Shown here one piece after another: positions 1-11,745 of a DNA stretch of 64,000 bases. Location of the stretch: positions 91,696,498 through 91,760,497 of the forward strand of contig NC_068987.1 in assembly GCF_001194135.2 (NCBI RefSeq), given 5' to 3'. Each line of letters begins with the position of its first letter. The first letter of the stretch is position 1. The position numbers were made by a program, and so were the translations under genes. Source of the DNA: Octopus bimaculoides (lineage: Eukaryota). Below the pieces are notes generated by a model. It did not search any database, had not been told where the DNA came from, and saw only the letters and a program-made list of their open reading frames with translations.

Positions 1-1616
1 TTTCTAATTTTTAGAACATAAACATCTTTATCGTATTTTGTATCGGAATTCCATTGAGATTGATAGAAATCGATTTATTTTATGAACATTAGTATCCAGG
101 ACTATTGAGCAAAGCATTTCTTTTTAAATAGATTCCATTTTTTTTATTGATTCTACGAATCGGTTTTTCATTAACACGAAGCCTCAGACTTGTAGGTGAT
201 GGGAAATGGGAGGTGATGGCATGCATAAATTTCAGAAAAGTATTAACGACATTACTTTAGTTTAGAGACTATATTTCGGAATGAAATAATTTAGTAATAC
301 TCTTGCTGATGGCTTGAAAGACCTAAATTTCACGTTTCCGTGTCAATAAACATCTGAGTATTAGTTGAAACTGTTCGTACCACCTGTGTACAGTGAAATC
401 GTTATGTACTCTGGCATAATATAGATCTTACTAAAATTATTATTTACGCTCCTGAAGAATAATCATCTTTTACGTTGTAGTTCAATATGCTAGAAATTGC
501 AGTCAAATCTTACACAAATCGTATTATATCGTCTTAAACCAGGAAAAAAAACCTATGGCAAATTCAATGCATCGTATATGAAAAGTGCTTCAGCGGATTA
601 AACGGATTAAATGTTTATTTTACACAATCAACACCAAAAGAAATAAGACAAAATGCATATTCCTTATTTAACACGTTCACCACATAACACAACTTTCAGA
701 ATATATTTAGCAACATAGCACAAAACGATAAATCATATTTTTCTATAGGTTTAACCTCTAAATGTAGGCTGTTGTTGATAAAGAATTTGAAATAAGAGTT
801 ACTGACGATATAGGGCTCTGTTAGAGAAATTGGCTTGACGTTCTAAGTAAAAGATCCGACAAAGCAACAGTGGGAATTGGAAAGTTAATTAAAATGTCTA
901 TTATCAGGAAAATAGTTTATCAGAAATAGATATCACGGAACTAAAACAAACACAGATTTACTAATAATACTTCGGAATTAACGAACTAAACAAAGGGCAT
1001 AACACACAACTGACAATAAAATGTTATCAAAGAATATGATAATCGCATTAGAATAATAGTAAAACCGAAGTTAAATACGAGTTAATTAGGTAATACGCAT
1101 CAATTCTCAAGCGGCTTATATAATGATAAAATTTTACATTTTTTCTCGATGTGGCGCTGTATACACTTGCAAGCCTAGAGAGGGAAACACATATCATAAA
1201 TGTATTCGCATTGCAACGCAAAAAAGGGCTCAAAATTTAATATTGACAACGAATTCTAAGGAAAACCTGGTGCAATAAACACACCGGAGATATTTTGCCT
1301 TATGCAGAAACTGCTGGAGATATTCAGAGGCACAGCAAGCTCTTCTGAATCAATCGCAATTTCGGAAACTCTTTCGTATGATCAGCAGGTGTCCCAGGAT
1401 CACAAATTTCATCTATTAGTCTTTAAGCTTTTCCTGAACTGAGCAGTGAGAACTGAGCTAGTTCAGTCTTCGCCTGCGGAAGGGTTTCAACAGCGGTTTC
1501 TAGTCAACCACATCCAACTTTTGTTGGTTTCAACTGCCATAAGTTTCTTCTGTCGTCTGGGCTCCAAATTAATCTTCTACAAGAAAGAGAACACTGATCT
1601 AACTGAAATGCTAGTG

Positions 1617-1961
1617 GAGGAGGAGAGGAGACCCCCATCGGTCATGAATGACCATCGGACTGCACCGAGAACGTTACCCTCTGAGGCACAAGTTCGGGCA
1701 AGGTTGTTTGTTGAAGGCCAGCTGGTATGCCCATGCATACCAGCCTCCCTTCTCCACACCACTGATGTTATCCAAGGGAAAGGCAAAGGCTGATATGGCT
1801 TGGTACCAGTGATGTCGCAACTCATTTCTACAGCTGAGTTAACTGAAGCAACGTGAAATAAAGTGATTTGCTCAAGAACACAACAGGCAGCCTGGTCCGG
1901 GAATCGAACTCACAACCTCACGATCGTAAGCTCGACGCTCTAACCACTGAGCCATGCGCCT
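1617..1961 (-). mobile_element. tRNA-derived SINE (family C)
   Basis: Minus strand begins GGCGCATGGCTCAGTGGTTAGAGCG (A box) ... GAGTTCGATTCCCGG (B box), followed by a GTGTTCTTGAGCAAATCACTT body motif. About 345 bp. Confidence 0.8.
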
Positions 1962-2804
1962 AGCACACTATTGTAAAATACCCATAGAAGGAATGCAAAC
2001 ATCTAATAGAGAATAACAGAAGCCAAATTTCAAATTACAATTATTGCAAAACGGGAACGAAACAAAAGAAAATGTTTTTTATCTTCCCTAGAATTCTTGA
2101 AGAACCCAAACAACAGGAGTGGCTGGTGGAGATAAGTTTGTGATGAACCATAAAAGAAGCAGCGAAAGTTTAAAACCACACTTAAAATGTGATGCTAAAC
2201 TCTGTTCATAGTGAACGTTCGAAAGGGTTGAATAAAGCGGAAAAATAAGAAACGCTGTTATATTATTATAAAGCTGTCGAGTGGAAGGTTCCTGAAACGG
2301 TGCGCATTCTCTCCTGTTACCAAGTCTCTAACTCTTCCAATGAAAACCTTTGTACATCTTCATTCCGTGGGTCGTGTATTTGTTGCTGTTTGACTCACCC
2401 ACAATAATAATGGATTTGCTTTCAAATAACCTTGTTTTTGTTTTTTCCGGTCGTTTCGCTCTGCTTTATTTGTATTAAAAAATTGTTTCACTATGTTTAT
2501 TTGTTCATTCACTTCGTTTTGTATAAATGATATAATTGTTGTTTGTGATCTGATGAAATAAGCATATTACAAGGACGGGTTTTATTAAGTGATTCTGTTT
2601 CATTTACTTTTGCTTGTCTTTATTTTGTTTCATTATGGCCAGAAATATTAGTCACACACGGTTGGTTACCTTGGTAACGTACAAGGGTGTTATTTCACCG
2701 TTAGATTCTGGGTGTAATTCCTAAATGTGATTCATACTAACTGGTGCATTTTTATTAATTCACTGTCAGAAGCTTTTTTTTTTTTTTTATATCATCGGGT
2801 TTAT

Positions 2805-3345
2805 TGTTATCGCATGTTGTCAAATTGACAATGGTGTAAAATATACGAAGCCCAGTGTACCCATCATGACTACCCGTCTGATAAGGGTACGCCAGGCACA
2901 TGCATCACAACCATATGTGCGCGACATGGTGATCTCATATCAAAATAAACAGTACAGGAACCTGCAGGTGGGACCCACTTTGAATTTACCTCACCTCGAG
3001 TAGCCCATCCCGCTCAAAAGTTCCCTGAATACAGTATGTTTAAGGATGCTGAACAAAACAGCCATGTTTCCAGAGGTGAATTATTCAAACTCAAAAGAAT
3101 TCCTCTCAACACATAGCTTAGATGCTTTCCCACTACTTCTACTCGTGATCAGAGATACACATATCGTCATCTAGCAAGGGACATGCTCAATTGGCTAAGA
3201 TCAAACAACTGACAAGCAAATCTATAGTACTGAGCAGAATATTTGCTGTAGCCCATCTTTCATACCGAAACAAAACATGCACATGATAACGCTTCCAATC
3301 AGTTGAGATCAGAAGCCATGAGGGCCACTGCCTGGTATTGCACTT
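2805..3345 (-). mobile_element. ~540-bp non-coding interspersed element, copy 1
   Basis: Reverse complement aligns by eye along its length with 11050-11575 and 38832-39385, e.g. GGCAGTGG..CATGGCTTCTGATCT and GGGCTTCGTATATTTTAC. The 5' end abuts a trinucleotide array. Confidence 0.85.
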
Positions 3346-3355
3346 ATTGTTGTAG

Positions 3356-3396
<41 letters not shown>

Positions 3397-3435
3397 CTTC
3401 TTCTTCTTCTTCTTCTTCTTCTTCTTCTTCTTCTT

Positions 3436-3515
<80 letters not shown>

Positions 3516-3536
3516 CATTATTATTATTATTATTAA
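3346..3536. repeat. Compound microsatellite (GTT)n-(CTT)n-(ATT)n
   Basis: Directly visible, with in-phase transitions between motifs. Confidence 0.97.
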
Positions 3537-3758
3537 GGCGGCGAGCTGGCAGAATCGTTAGCGCGCCGGACGAAATTTTTAGCGGTATTTCGCCCGTCGC
3601 TACGTTCTGAGTTCCAATTCCGCCGAGGTCGACTTTGCCTCTCATTCTTTCGGGGTCGATAAAATAAGTACCAATGAAACACTGAGATCGATGTAATCGA
3701 CAAGTCCCCTCCCCACAAATTTGTGGTCTTGTTTTCCCAGTAGACAGGATTATTATTT
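3537..3758 (+). mobile_element. tRNA-derived SINE (family A)
   Basis: GGCGGCGAGCTGGCAGAATCG head, GAGTTCCAATTCC B box, central GTCGACTTTGCCT.TCAT.CTTTCGGGGTCGATAAA motif, short ATT tail. Confidence 0.9.
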
Positions 3759-3759
3759 T

Positions 3760-5083
3760 CTTTAAATAAAATATGGTCCGTTGTTTGTTGAGCACGGTAT
3801 TTAATGGTGCCAGTGCCCAGCAGAATATTAAGGGTGACAGCGTTTCTCCTTAGAGGATACCACTTTTGATTTTGATAAGTCTGCTTGTTATTGATGCACT
3901 GGAATGGCTCAGCGTCAACGTAGTTTCCCATCTATTCATGCTGTTTCATAAATTTGATGAGAGTTGGGGATACTTTGTATACTTCCAGCACTTTCAGAAG
4001 TGAGGTACACTATCGAACGCCTTTTTATAGTCGATTCATGATGTGCTCAGGTTCGTTTTCCTGGTCTTGCAGTCTTCAAGGATCAATTTGTTTATCAGCA
4101 ATTGGTCCTTCGACAACCTTTTTGTTCTGGTGGTAGTAGGTTGTTTTCTTCTAGGAATGTGTATGTTCTTTCAGTGATTACAGATGTTAATATTTTATAC
4201 ATTGTTGGTAGACAGGTGATTGGTCTATAGTTCTTTGGGTTTCTGTGTCATTTGTTTTTGGTACTAGATATGCCACTCCCTGTGTCAACCAGTCTGGGCT
4301 ATTTTCTGGGTTTTTCATGACTTCGTTGATGACATATCTTCATGTATATCAATTAGCTGTTTGATCCAAAAGTTTGGTACTCGATCTATTCCCGGTGACT
4401 TCCAATTGCTGGCCCTTTTCAAGGCCAGGGTGACCTTCTCCTTTTGAATATCTTCCCATTCCTGTACTTCTTCATTTTCCAGAAGTATATCTTGTTCCTT
4501 AATCCATTCTGCATCTTAATTATGTTGTTTTTCATTTTCCCATTTCGTACTCCAGAAATTTTCCATATCCTCTTTCTTTGGCGGTTGCTCAATTCGTTGT
4601 TTACCGAGTTCCCTGTAAAATTTCTTTCCATCTTCTTTAAATAATTTGTTTTGTCTAAATTGTTTGCTTCTCTTTATATATCGTGACAGTCGTTGTGCCT
4701 TTGCTTGGATTTTTTGCTTTAGATTTTCTTTTGCTTCAGGTATTTCCTTTTTTTGTTTGATCCCATGCTTTTTGTATATTTTCTTGGCTTTCCTTTGGTT
4801 GACCTGGTTCCCGTTACTTATTTCAGTCGGTATTGATAGGTCGCCTCTCATGCATTGTATATCCTTTTCTAAGATTTCTGTCCATTTTGGTTGTCTTTTC
4901 TTCTGTTGAGCAGTTTCCTTTTTTAGTTTTATGCCTTTTTTCTTCAGTAATAGCTGCAGTTGTAGCATACGCTATTTGGTTTAGCGATGTTATATTTAGT
5001 GGTTCTATTGTTGTTGATTTTATCTCATCTATTACATTATTGCCAATTTTAATCAACTCCTTCAGGTTCTTATCCATACTAAC

Positions 5084-5085
<2 letters not shown>
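3760..5085 (-). mobile_element. R4/Dong-clade non-LTR retrotransposon, decayed pre-RT and RT region
   Basis: Manual translation gives RQNKLFKEDGKKFYRELG, NWKSPGID (~4381-4407), [16 protein letters not shown] (~4205-4232), DYKKAFDSVPH (~4000-4035) and GIL*GETLSPLIFC (~3820-3865). Stops and frameshifts present. The 5' end is at a (TAA)n array. Confidence 0.9.
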
Positions 5086-5145
<60 letters not shown>

Positions 5146-5166
5146 ATTATTATTATTATTATTATT
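5086..5166. repeat. (ATT)n microsatellite
   Basis: Directly visible. Confidence 0.97.
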
Positions 5167-5283
5167 TTCAGTAGTTTTATTTTTATAACGTGCTTTCACT
5201 TCACTACCGACCGCAGCTCTGTGCGCCTTGGGTATGTGCTGTGGTTTGCTGTGGTGCTATTATGTTTACTGTATTGAAAGTGT
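5167..5283 (-). mobile_element. 3' UTR fragment of an R4/Dong-like element, truncated by gap
   Basis: About 90% identical by eye to 5766-5880 and followed on the minus strand by (AAT)n. Confidence 0.7.
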
Positions 5284-5765
5284 NNNNNNNNNNNNNNNNN
5301 NNNNNNNNNNNNNNNNNNNNNNNNNNNNNNNNNNNNNNNNNNNNNNNNNNNNNNNNNNNNNNNNNNNNNNNNNNNNNNNNNNNNNNNNNNNNNNNNNNNN
5401 NNNNNNNNNNNNNNNNNNNNNNNNNNNNNNNNNNNNNNNNNNNNNNNNNNNNNNNNNNNNNNNNNNNNNNNNNNNNNNNNNNNNNNNNNNNNNNNNNNNN
5501 NNNNNNNNNNNNNNNNNNNNNNNNNNNNNNNNNNNNNNNNNNNNNNNNNNNNNNNNNNNNNNNNNNNNNNNNNNNNNNNNNNNNNNNNNNNNNNNNNNNN
5601 NNNNNNNNNNNNNNNNNNNNNNNNNNNNNNNNNNNNNNNNNNNNNNNNNNNNNNNNNNNNNNNNNNNNNNNNNNNNNNNNNNNNNNNNNNNNNNNNNNNN
5701 NNNNNNNNNNNNNNNNNNNNNNNNNNNNNNNNNNNNNNNNNNNNNNNNNNNNTATTATTATTATT

Positions 5766-5912
5766 GAGTAGATTTATTTTCATAACGTGCTTTCACTTCA
5801 CTACTACCGATCGCAGCTCTGTGTGCCTTGGGTATGTGCTGTGGTTTGCTGTGATGATCTTATGGTTACTGTACTGAAAGTGTTTTGGGTAGGATGTGTG
5901 CAGTGCCCAGTA

Positions 5913-5914
<2 letters not shown>
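5766..5914 (-). mobile_element. Extremely 5'-truncated R4/Dong-like 3' end
   Basis: Minus strand reads (AAT)n, then LLGTAHILPKTLSVQ* (compare LLGTARILRKVLGK* at 39720-39763), an ~100-bp 3' UTR and (AAT)n. Confidence 0.75.
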
Positions 5915-5988
<74 letters not shown>

Positions 5989-6169
5989 GCAAACACTATA
6001 CAGTCAGACAGCATTGCTTCCGTCTTTGTTCTGTTTCATTGTTTGTTTACTGTGATGTTTATCGATGCCCCCCCCCCCCCACTCCAATGAAAATAACAGA
6101 TGTGACATTTTTGAAATGAATTCTATTGCTTATTTTTGCAAACCTTATAAAAATACATTAGCGGAAGCA

Positions 6170-6280
6170 CAAGGTAGACTTCATAGGGTTCTACGTCAGA
6201 GTCGATTGATTTCCCTCCATATAAACTAATATATCAATTTTATTGAACCCTAAGGGATTGGAGACTGATTCGATATCAAA
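6170..6280 (-). mobile_element. Degenerate SINE family A fragment
   Basis: Remnants of GCACAAGG, GTCGATTGA and TTTTATTGAACCC match the family A 3' half in reverse. Confidence 0.4.
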
Positions 6281-6360
6281 TTGTTGCTGGAAATCTCGAC
6301 AATGACTCATCAGCTACTTTACGGATGGTGTGAAATCACCAAAATTTATCTCTCTAATGC

Positions 6361-6398
<38 letters not shown>

Positions 6399-6416
6399 TT
6401 CTATGGTTTGAGGACA

Positions 6417-6492
6417 ATGCTGCTGCTGCTGCTACTACTACTACTACTACTGTTGCTGCTGCTGCTGTTGTTGTTGCTGCTGTTGCTGCTGT

Positions 6493-6526
<34 letters not shown>

Positions 6527-6567
6527 GTTGCTGCTGCTGCTGTTGTTGTTGCTGCTGTTGCTGCTGT

Positions 6568-6607
<40 letters not shown>

Positions 6608-6760
6608 GTTGCTGCTGCTGCTGGTCCTGCTGCTGGTCCTGCTGCTGCTGCTGCTGCTGCTGTTGCTGTTGCCGCCGTCGTTGCTGTTGCTGCTGCTACT
6701 ACTGCTGCTGCCGTTGTTACGGCTTCTGCTGCGGATGTTGTCAGTTATACAAATAATATG
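6417..6760. repeat. Compound GCT/ACT/GTT trinucleotide array with higher-order duplication
   Basis: The block (ACT)n-GTT-(GCT)4-(GTT)3-(GCT)2-GTT-(GCT)2-GTT occurs twice, followed by a partial third. Confidence 0.9.
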
Positions 6761-6829
6761 AAAAATAAAAAAAATTAAAAATGAAGACGAAAGAATGGAA
6801 AACAAAAAAAAAATAATAAATAAAGAATT

Positions 6830-7005
6830 CTGTGATGATTACGATAAATATTATGCTGTTGTCAATGGTGATGATTACGATGATGATGATAATGATGATT
6901 ATGATGAACATGATAATGATGTCCAAAATGAGGATGATGATGATGAGGAGGAGGAGGTGGCGGACGATGACGGTGACGACGATGATGCTGGTGGTGATGC
7001 TAGAT
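6830..7005. repeat. Degenerate (GAT)n low-complexity tract
   Basis: GAT/GAC/GAG triplets directly visible. Confidence 0.9.
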
Positions 7006-7100
7006 AAATTAAAGCTTGAAAGGAAATACGGACGATGGCGAACACAAGAAGATGAGTTGATACCTTTCGGCTCAAAATATAACTTTTTGTTTTTAGTCAC

Positions 7101-7229
7101 CTGTAGCGATCCACACCTCAGAAATTGCACTGTTGTCATTGTCAAGCACTGAACAACCTTTGTCGGTGCAACGCCACACGAATCCAAGAGTTACACACTG
7201 AGTCGTTTTGGTTCTTAAAACACGTTTGA
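7101..7229 (-). CDS. Candidate internal exon of unknown protein
   Basis: TTTTCTAG acceptor and AG|GTGA donor, 129 nt, phase 1-1, open frame KRVLRTKTTQCVTLGFVWRCTDKGCSVLDNDNSAISEVWIAT. No homology recognised. Confidence 0.2.
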
Positions 7230-7354
7230 CTAGAAAATACGGATTGAACTTTAAACGTGTGGAGTAGCAAATTGAATGATTTACATATCAAAGACATCAC
7301 TGCCGGTTGATGTTTATTTTATATATATATTTTTTTCTGAATTTAATTTTAGTT

Positions 7355-7690
7355 CTACTTGAGAGAGTTCAAGCAGGTTGCTAACAAAACAACATGACTC
7401 TTTGAGTTAAGAGAGTTCCCGGTGATTGTAAATATGTGGTTGAGTTGCTGAATATATGCATACATACATACGTACGATTTCTTGCCAATAGAGTCGGTTT
7501 CTAACCTTTATCCGGGGAACCTTCACTGGAATTTCAACATCAACAACAACGTGGAGATTTGTATGTCTTGTTTTCTGTATGTATTCTCATGCATATATTT
7601 GCATATCTAGAGAGGCTCATATATATCTAAATGATAAACCTCTGGAAAGTCTTACATATTTTTACAGTTCCAGTGATGGCTTGGATCTAT
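7355..7690. repeat. Interspersed repeat, modules X (7355-7450) and Z (7480-7690)
   Basis: X matches 29352-29450. Z matches 21733-21832 plus 22535-22670. Confidence 0.75.
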
Positions 7691-7709
7691 ACACTATCAT
7701 ATAGACCCT

Positions 7710-7787
<78 letters not shown>

Positions 7788-8289
7788 CAGGGTTCTAAAT
7801 GCCTGTAATATAGTAATTACTGATTCATTGCGGGATTTCAATCTTTGCCAGGATATTACCAAGACAATAGCGACTGTCCGCGGAGTTATGGTATTGTGAA
7901 CATATTGACTAGTATCCGTTTCAACAGCACTACACACATAATTGTCCGTGGGAATTAAATTCGGTAAGTTTGAAGGTTTCGCGTTTGACATTACATAATG
8001 GTATTAATTGTCTGGCATTCATTCTTGGATCTCGAGGTATTTGTGAGTAGGTGGTGAGTCTTGTTCAAATGCATAAGTTCTTCCACTGCGTACTTCATTT
8101 ATCCAGGGTTTAACAATATTTTTGTCAGCACCTCAATTTACCTAGTATTATTGATTCTAAGACCTTGCGGAAGAGTGTGAAGAGGCATGACATAACCTTC
8201 ATTACTCACCATTCCTAAAACCAACGTAGATGCTGAAAATTTGGTGTGCATCATTTCGAGCAAAAATTCAGGTGCTGACCATTAGATTG

Positions 8290-8700
8290 AAAAGCGTAAC
8301 AAGAGTTTATAGAATTGAGTTTGATTCAGAAAATATCAAGATTTTGGCCAATAGCTACAACTAAATTGCATCAAGTAGCATTACGATGGAAAACCTAAAA
8401 CATTGAAGAAGAGAATTGCTTTAAATACCTAATATCTCCAATGAAGAAGAGCTCGTAAAGAAGGACATAAAACCTAGACTTGTCCTCGCCTCATCTCACA
8501 TAACGAAGCTGAATGTTATATAGAAAGCCAGTTGTATAACATTTTCTACGAACGTCAAATTGTGTAACTTCCTGCTGAGCTAAACTTTTCTTCGCGGTGG
8601 GGTGGGAGAATAGGCACATTTACGACCGACTTAGAACATGAAATCTCGTCCTTAGAAATCAAACTTTTCAGAAGAATGTTATGTATCTCGTCAGGCAGCA
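8290..8700 (+). mobile_element. Old RTE-like LINE fragment, RT C-terminal region
   Basis: Translated pieces EEENCFKYL, DIKPRLVLASSHITKLNVI and DLEHEISSLEIKLFRRMLCIS resemble RTE RT domain 7 and thumb. Confidence 0.6.
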
Positions 8701-8849
8701 AATCATTATGTAATGTTAAATAAGATAAATGTAGATGATCCTAAATTTGACTAGGTGGTCATGCCTGCGTTGTATCATATTACAGTAAGGATATGACGTT
8801 GGATATACAAGAAGAACAACAATAATAACAAGAATAACAGCAACATATT

Positions 8850-9572
8850 TTCCATACCAAGAAAGTCTCACATTGTATTCGGAATGGTGGTTTCGGCAAA
8901 GCCACGAAGTAGATGTACCAAGCAGTTGTATTGCCCACATTACTATATGCCCACGAAATTTAGACGGTTTACGAACATCACACCAAAAAACCAAACGTCT
9001 TCCAATTGAAATGTTTGATAAAAACTGTTGAAAATCACCGGCAAGACAGTGTCCCAGACATGGAAATGTCCTCTCGAGCGATCTTTCAAGTATTTACATA
9101 CTGTTGAAGACAGCGCATCTTAGGTGGGCAGGCCACCTTGCTCGATTGCATCACACACGAATTCCCAAGAGTCTGTTTTACAATGAACACACGCAAGGCA
9201 AGTGGATGCCAGGTCAACAGAGAAGAAGCACTTCAAGGACACACTCAAAGCCTCAATGAAGAGCGCTGAGAACGAACTATGATACCTAAGAAGCGCAATC
9301 ATGAGATCACTTTGCCTGGCAAAGCGGCACCAACAGAAGTGCCATCTCCTACGAACAGAACAGGTTCGCAGAGGCTCAAAGTAAACACGAACTAAACAAG
9401 TCCAGAGCCGCCTCGTTGTTTTCAGTCCCAGCAGAAAAGGTGTGCTCGATTGGCGGCAGAACCTCCGAGCTTGGATCAGACTAATTGGCGACAGCCGGAC
9501 ACCTGGTGCCTCGACTTCTCCCGTATGATGTCCTTGGTCATCATCGACAACGACGGACGAACTAATAATATA
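8850..9572 (+). mobile_element. RTE-clade LINE, 5'-truncated 3' end
   Basis: MYQAVVLPTLLYAHEI*TVY, HLRWAGHLAR and KHFKDTLKAS. Ends with the typical RTE terminus GGTCATCATCGACAACGACGGACGAAC-TAATAAT. Confidence 0.88.
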
Positions 9573-10294
9573 TTCGGAATACGATCACATGTACGTCTTT
9601 CCGATACAATTATTCGAACAAAACACCAACAATCAACAGAACAATGAACAGAAAACCAAGGTAACAACAACCCCTTTTCAACTCACAATAAAAGAAAACC
9701 AAAAAAAAAAAAAAACAAAAAGAAAAAGAAAACAAGAAGAAAGAGCGAATTCAAAAAATCGATGAAAAATATGAGATTGTTTCCTTTAAACAAAGACAAC
9801 AAGAGAAAGAAAAACTGTTGTTTGATTGTTTGAACTTAATGATTTACGACGCAAGGAAAAAAATTAAAAGATTTTATTAAAGGCTGACGGATGCTTTTCC
9901 AAAGTATCATTTTTAATTTTAAAGACTGTCACATATGATAACATATNNNNNNNNNNNNNNNNNNNNNNNNNNNNNNNNNNNNNNNNNNNNNNNNNNNNNN
10001 NNNNNNNNNNNNNNNNNNNNNNNNNNNNNNNNNNNNNNNNNNNNNNNNNNNNNNNNNNNNNNNNNNNNNNNNNNNNNNNNNNNNNNNNNNNNNNNNNNNN
10101 NNNNNNNNNNNNNNNNNNNNNNNNNNNNNNNNNNNNNNNNNNNNNNNNNNNNNNNNNNNNNNNNNNNNNNNNNNNNNNNNNNNNNNNNNNNNNNNNNNNN
10201 NNNNNNNNNNNNNNNNNNNNNNNNNNNNNNNNNNNNNNNNNNNNNNNNNNNNNNNNNNNNNNNNNNNNNNNNNNNNNNNNNNNNNNNNNNNNNN

Positions 10295-10328
<34 letters not shown>

Positions 10329-10744
10329 CTATATCAGTGTATGTGTATGATTTTGTGTAAATTAAATATTTGCTATTTCATTTTATTTTCTATATGCCTT
10401 TGCGTCCGTGATATATAATTATGTATGTGTGTATGTGTGTACGTATGTGTGCGAGTAGCGTGCTTGTGTGAGTGCGTGAGTGTATCATGTATATATTTAT
10501 TGTATATGAATGTACATGCGTAAATGTATATGGTTTGCAAATATTTATACTTTTTTAACATATTAGTCCCTGCATCGTTATTCCTGAATACCTACGCATT
10601 TAGAGGCGGAAAAGGGAATTATCCTCCAAAATGGCTATTATTCCTCACTGATTTCTAACCGAAACATGAACGGTCTTCTGAATAGTTCCCAAAGCATCAT
10701 CATCATCGACAACAATAACGACAAAATTAATAACTACTGTTTCT

Positions 10745-10915
10745 GATTCTGGCAAAAGGTCGGCAATTTGAAGTTGATGGCTTCTCTGAGACTATCGCCT
10801 GAAGGAACTCATTTTATCGACCCTAGAGTTATAAAAGAAAAACGTTGATCTCCACAATATTTCAAGTCGCAATATAACGCACCCGAAAAAATACCTCGAA
10901 GCGTTTTTCGTGACA
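10745..10915 (-). mobile_element. Degenerate SINE family A
   Basis: TTTTATCGACCC core motif in reverse, with diverged flanks. Confidence 0.5.
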
Positions 10916-10962
10916 CCCCTCTATCGTGTGTGCCATCTGGCAGGTTTACCCACCTCGTCATC

Positions 10963-11031
<69 letters not shown>

Positions 11032-11049
11032 ATAATAATAATAATAATT

Positions 11050-11575
11050 CTCATGGCTTCTGATCTTGATTGGAAGTGTTATCATGTACATTCTTTTGTC
11101 TTGGTATAAAAGATGGGCTACAGCAAATATTCTGCTTAATACTACAGATTTACTTGTCAGTTGTTTGACCTTAACCAGTTGAGCATGTCCCTTGGTGGCT
11201 GACGATATGTGCATCTCTGATCATGAGCAGAAGTAGTGGGGGAGCATCATAACCATGTGTTGAGAGGAATTCTTTGGGATTTGAATAATTCACCTTTGGA
11301 AACATGGGTGTTTTGCCCAACATCCTTAAACAAACCTTATTCAGGGACCTTTTGAGCAGGATGGGCTACTCGACCTGAAGAAAATTCTAACTTGGTCCCA
11401 CCTACGAGGTCATGCGCTATTTATCTTGATATGAGATCACCATGTCGAGCAAATATGGTTGTGATGCATGTGCCTGGTGTACCCTTATCAAACGGGTAGT
11501 CATGATGAGTATATTGGGCTTCGTATATTTTACCCCAGTGTCACTTTGATGGCATGCACTGCTCTTTCACTCAAT
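11050..11575 (+). mobile_element. ~540-bp non-coding interspersed element, copy 2
   Basis: Collinear with 38832-39385. Preceded by (ACT)n(AAT)n and followed by (AAT)n. Confidence 0.9.
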
Positions 11576-11577
11576 AA

Positions 11578-11579
<2 letters not shown>

Positions 11580-11636
<57 letters not shown>

Positions 11637-11686
11637 TAGTGATAATAATAATTATCATTATTTCTACTCTAGACATAATAATAATG

Positions 11687-11743
<57 letters not shown>

Positions 11744-11745
11744 TA
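11580..11745. repeat. (AAT)n microsatellite
   Basis: Directly visible. Confidence 0.97.

Noticed and set aside
5167-5914. Gap-flanking duplicate as a pure assembly artefact
   Set aside because: The two copies differ at multiple substitutions and an indel (~10%), more than expected from re-assembly of one locus, though this is not excluded without long reads.
5086-5990. Alternating repeat and unique pattern as a CRISPR-like array
   Set aside because: The repeats are variable-length microsatellites, the intervening pieces are retrotransposon 3' ends, the context is eukaryotic and there are no cas genes.
6795-7007. Acidic D/E-rich ORF
   Set aside because: It derives from a degenerate (GAT)n tract, with no splice or homology support.
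7852-7963. AG...GTAAGT-bounded exon candidate
   Set aside because: All three frames contain a stop within the 112 nt.
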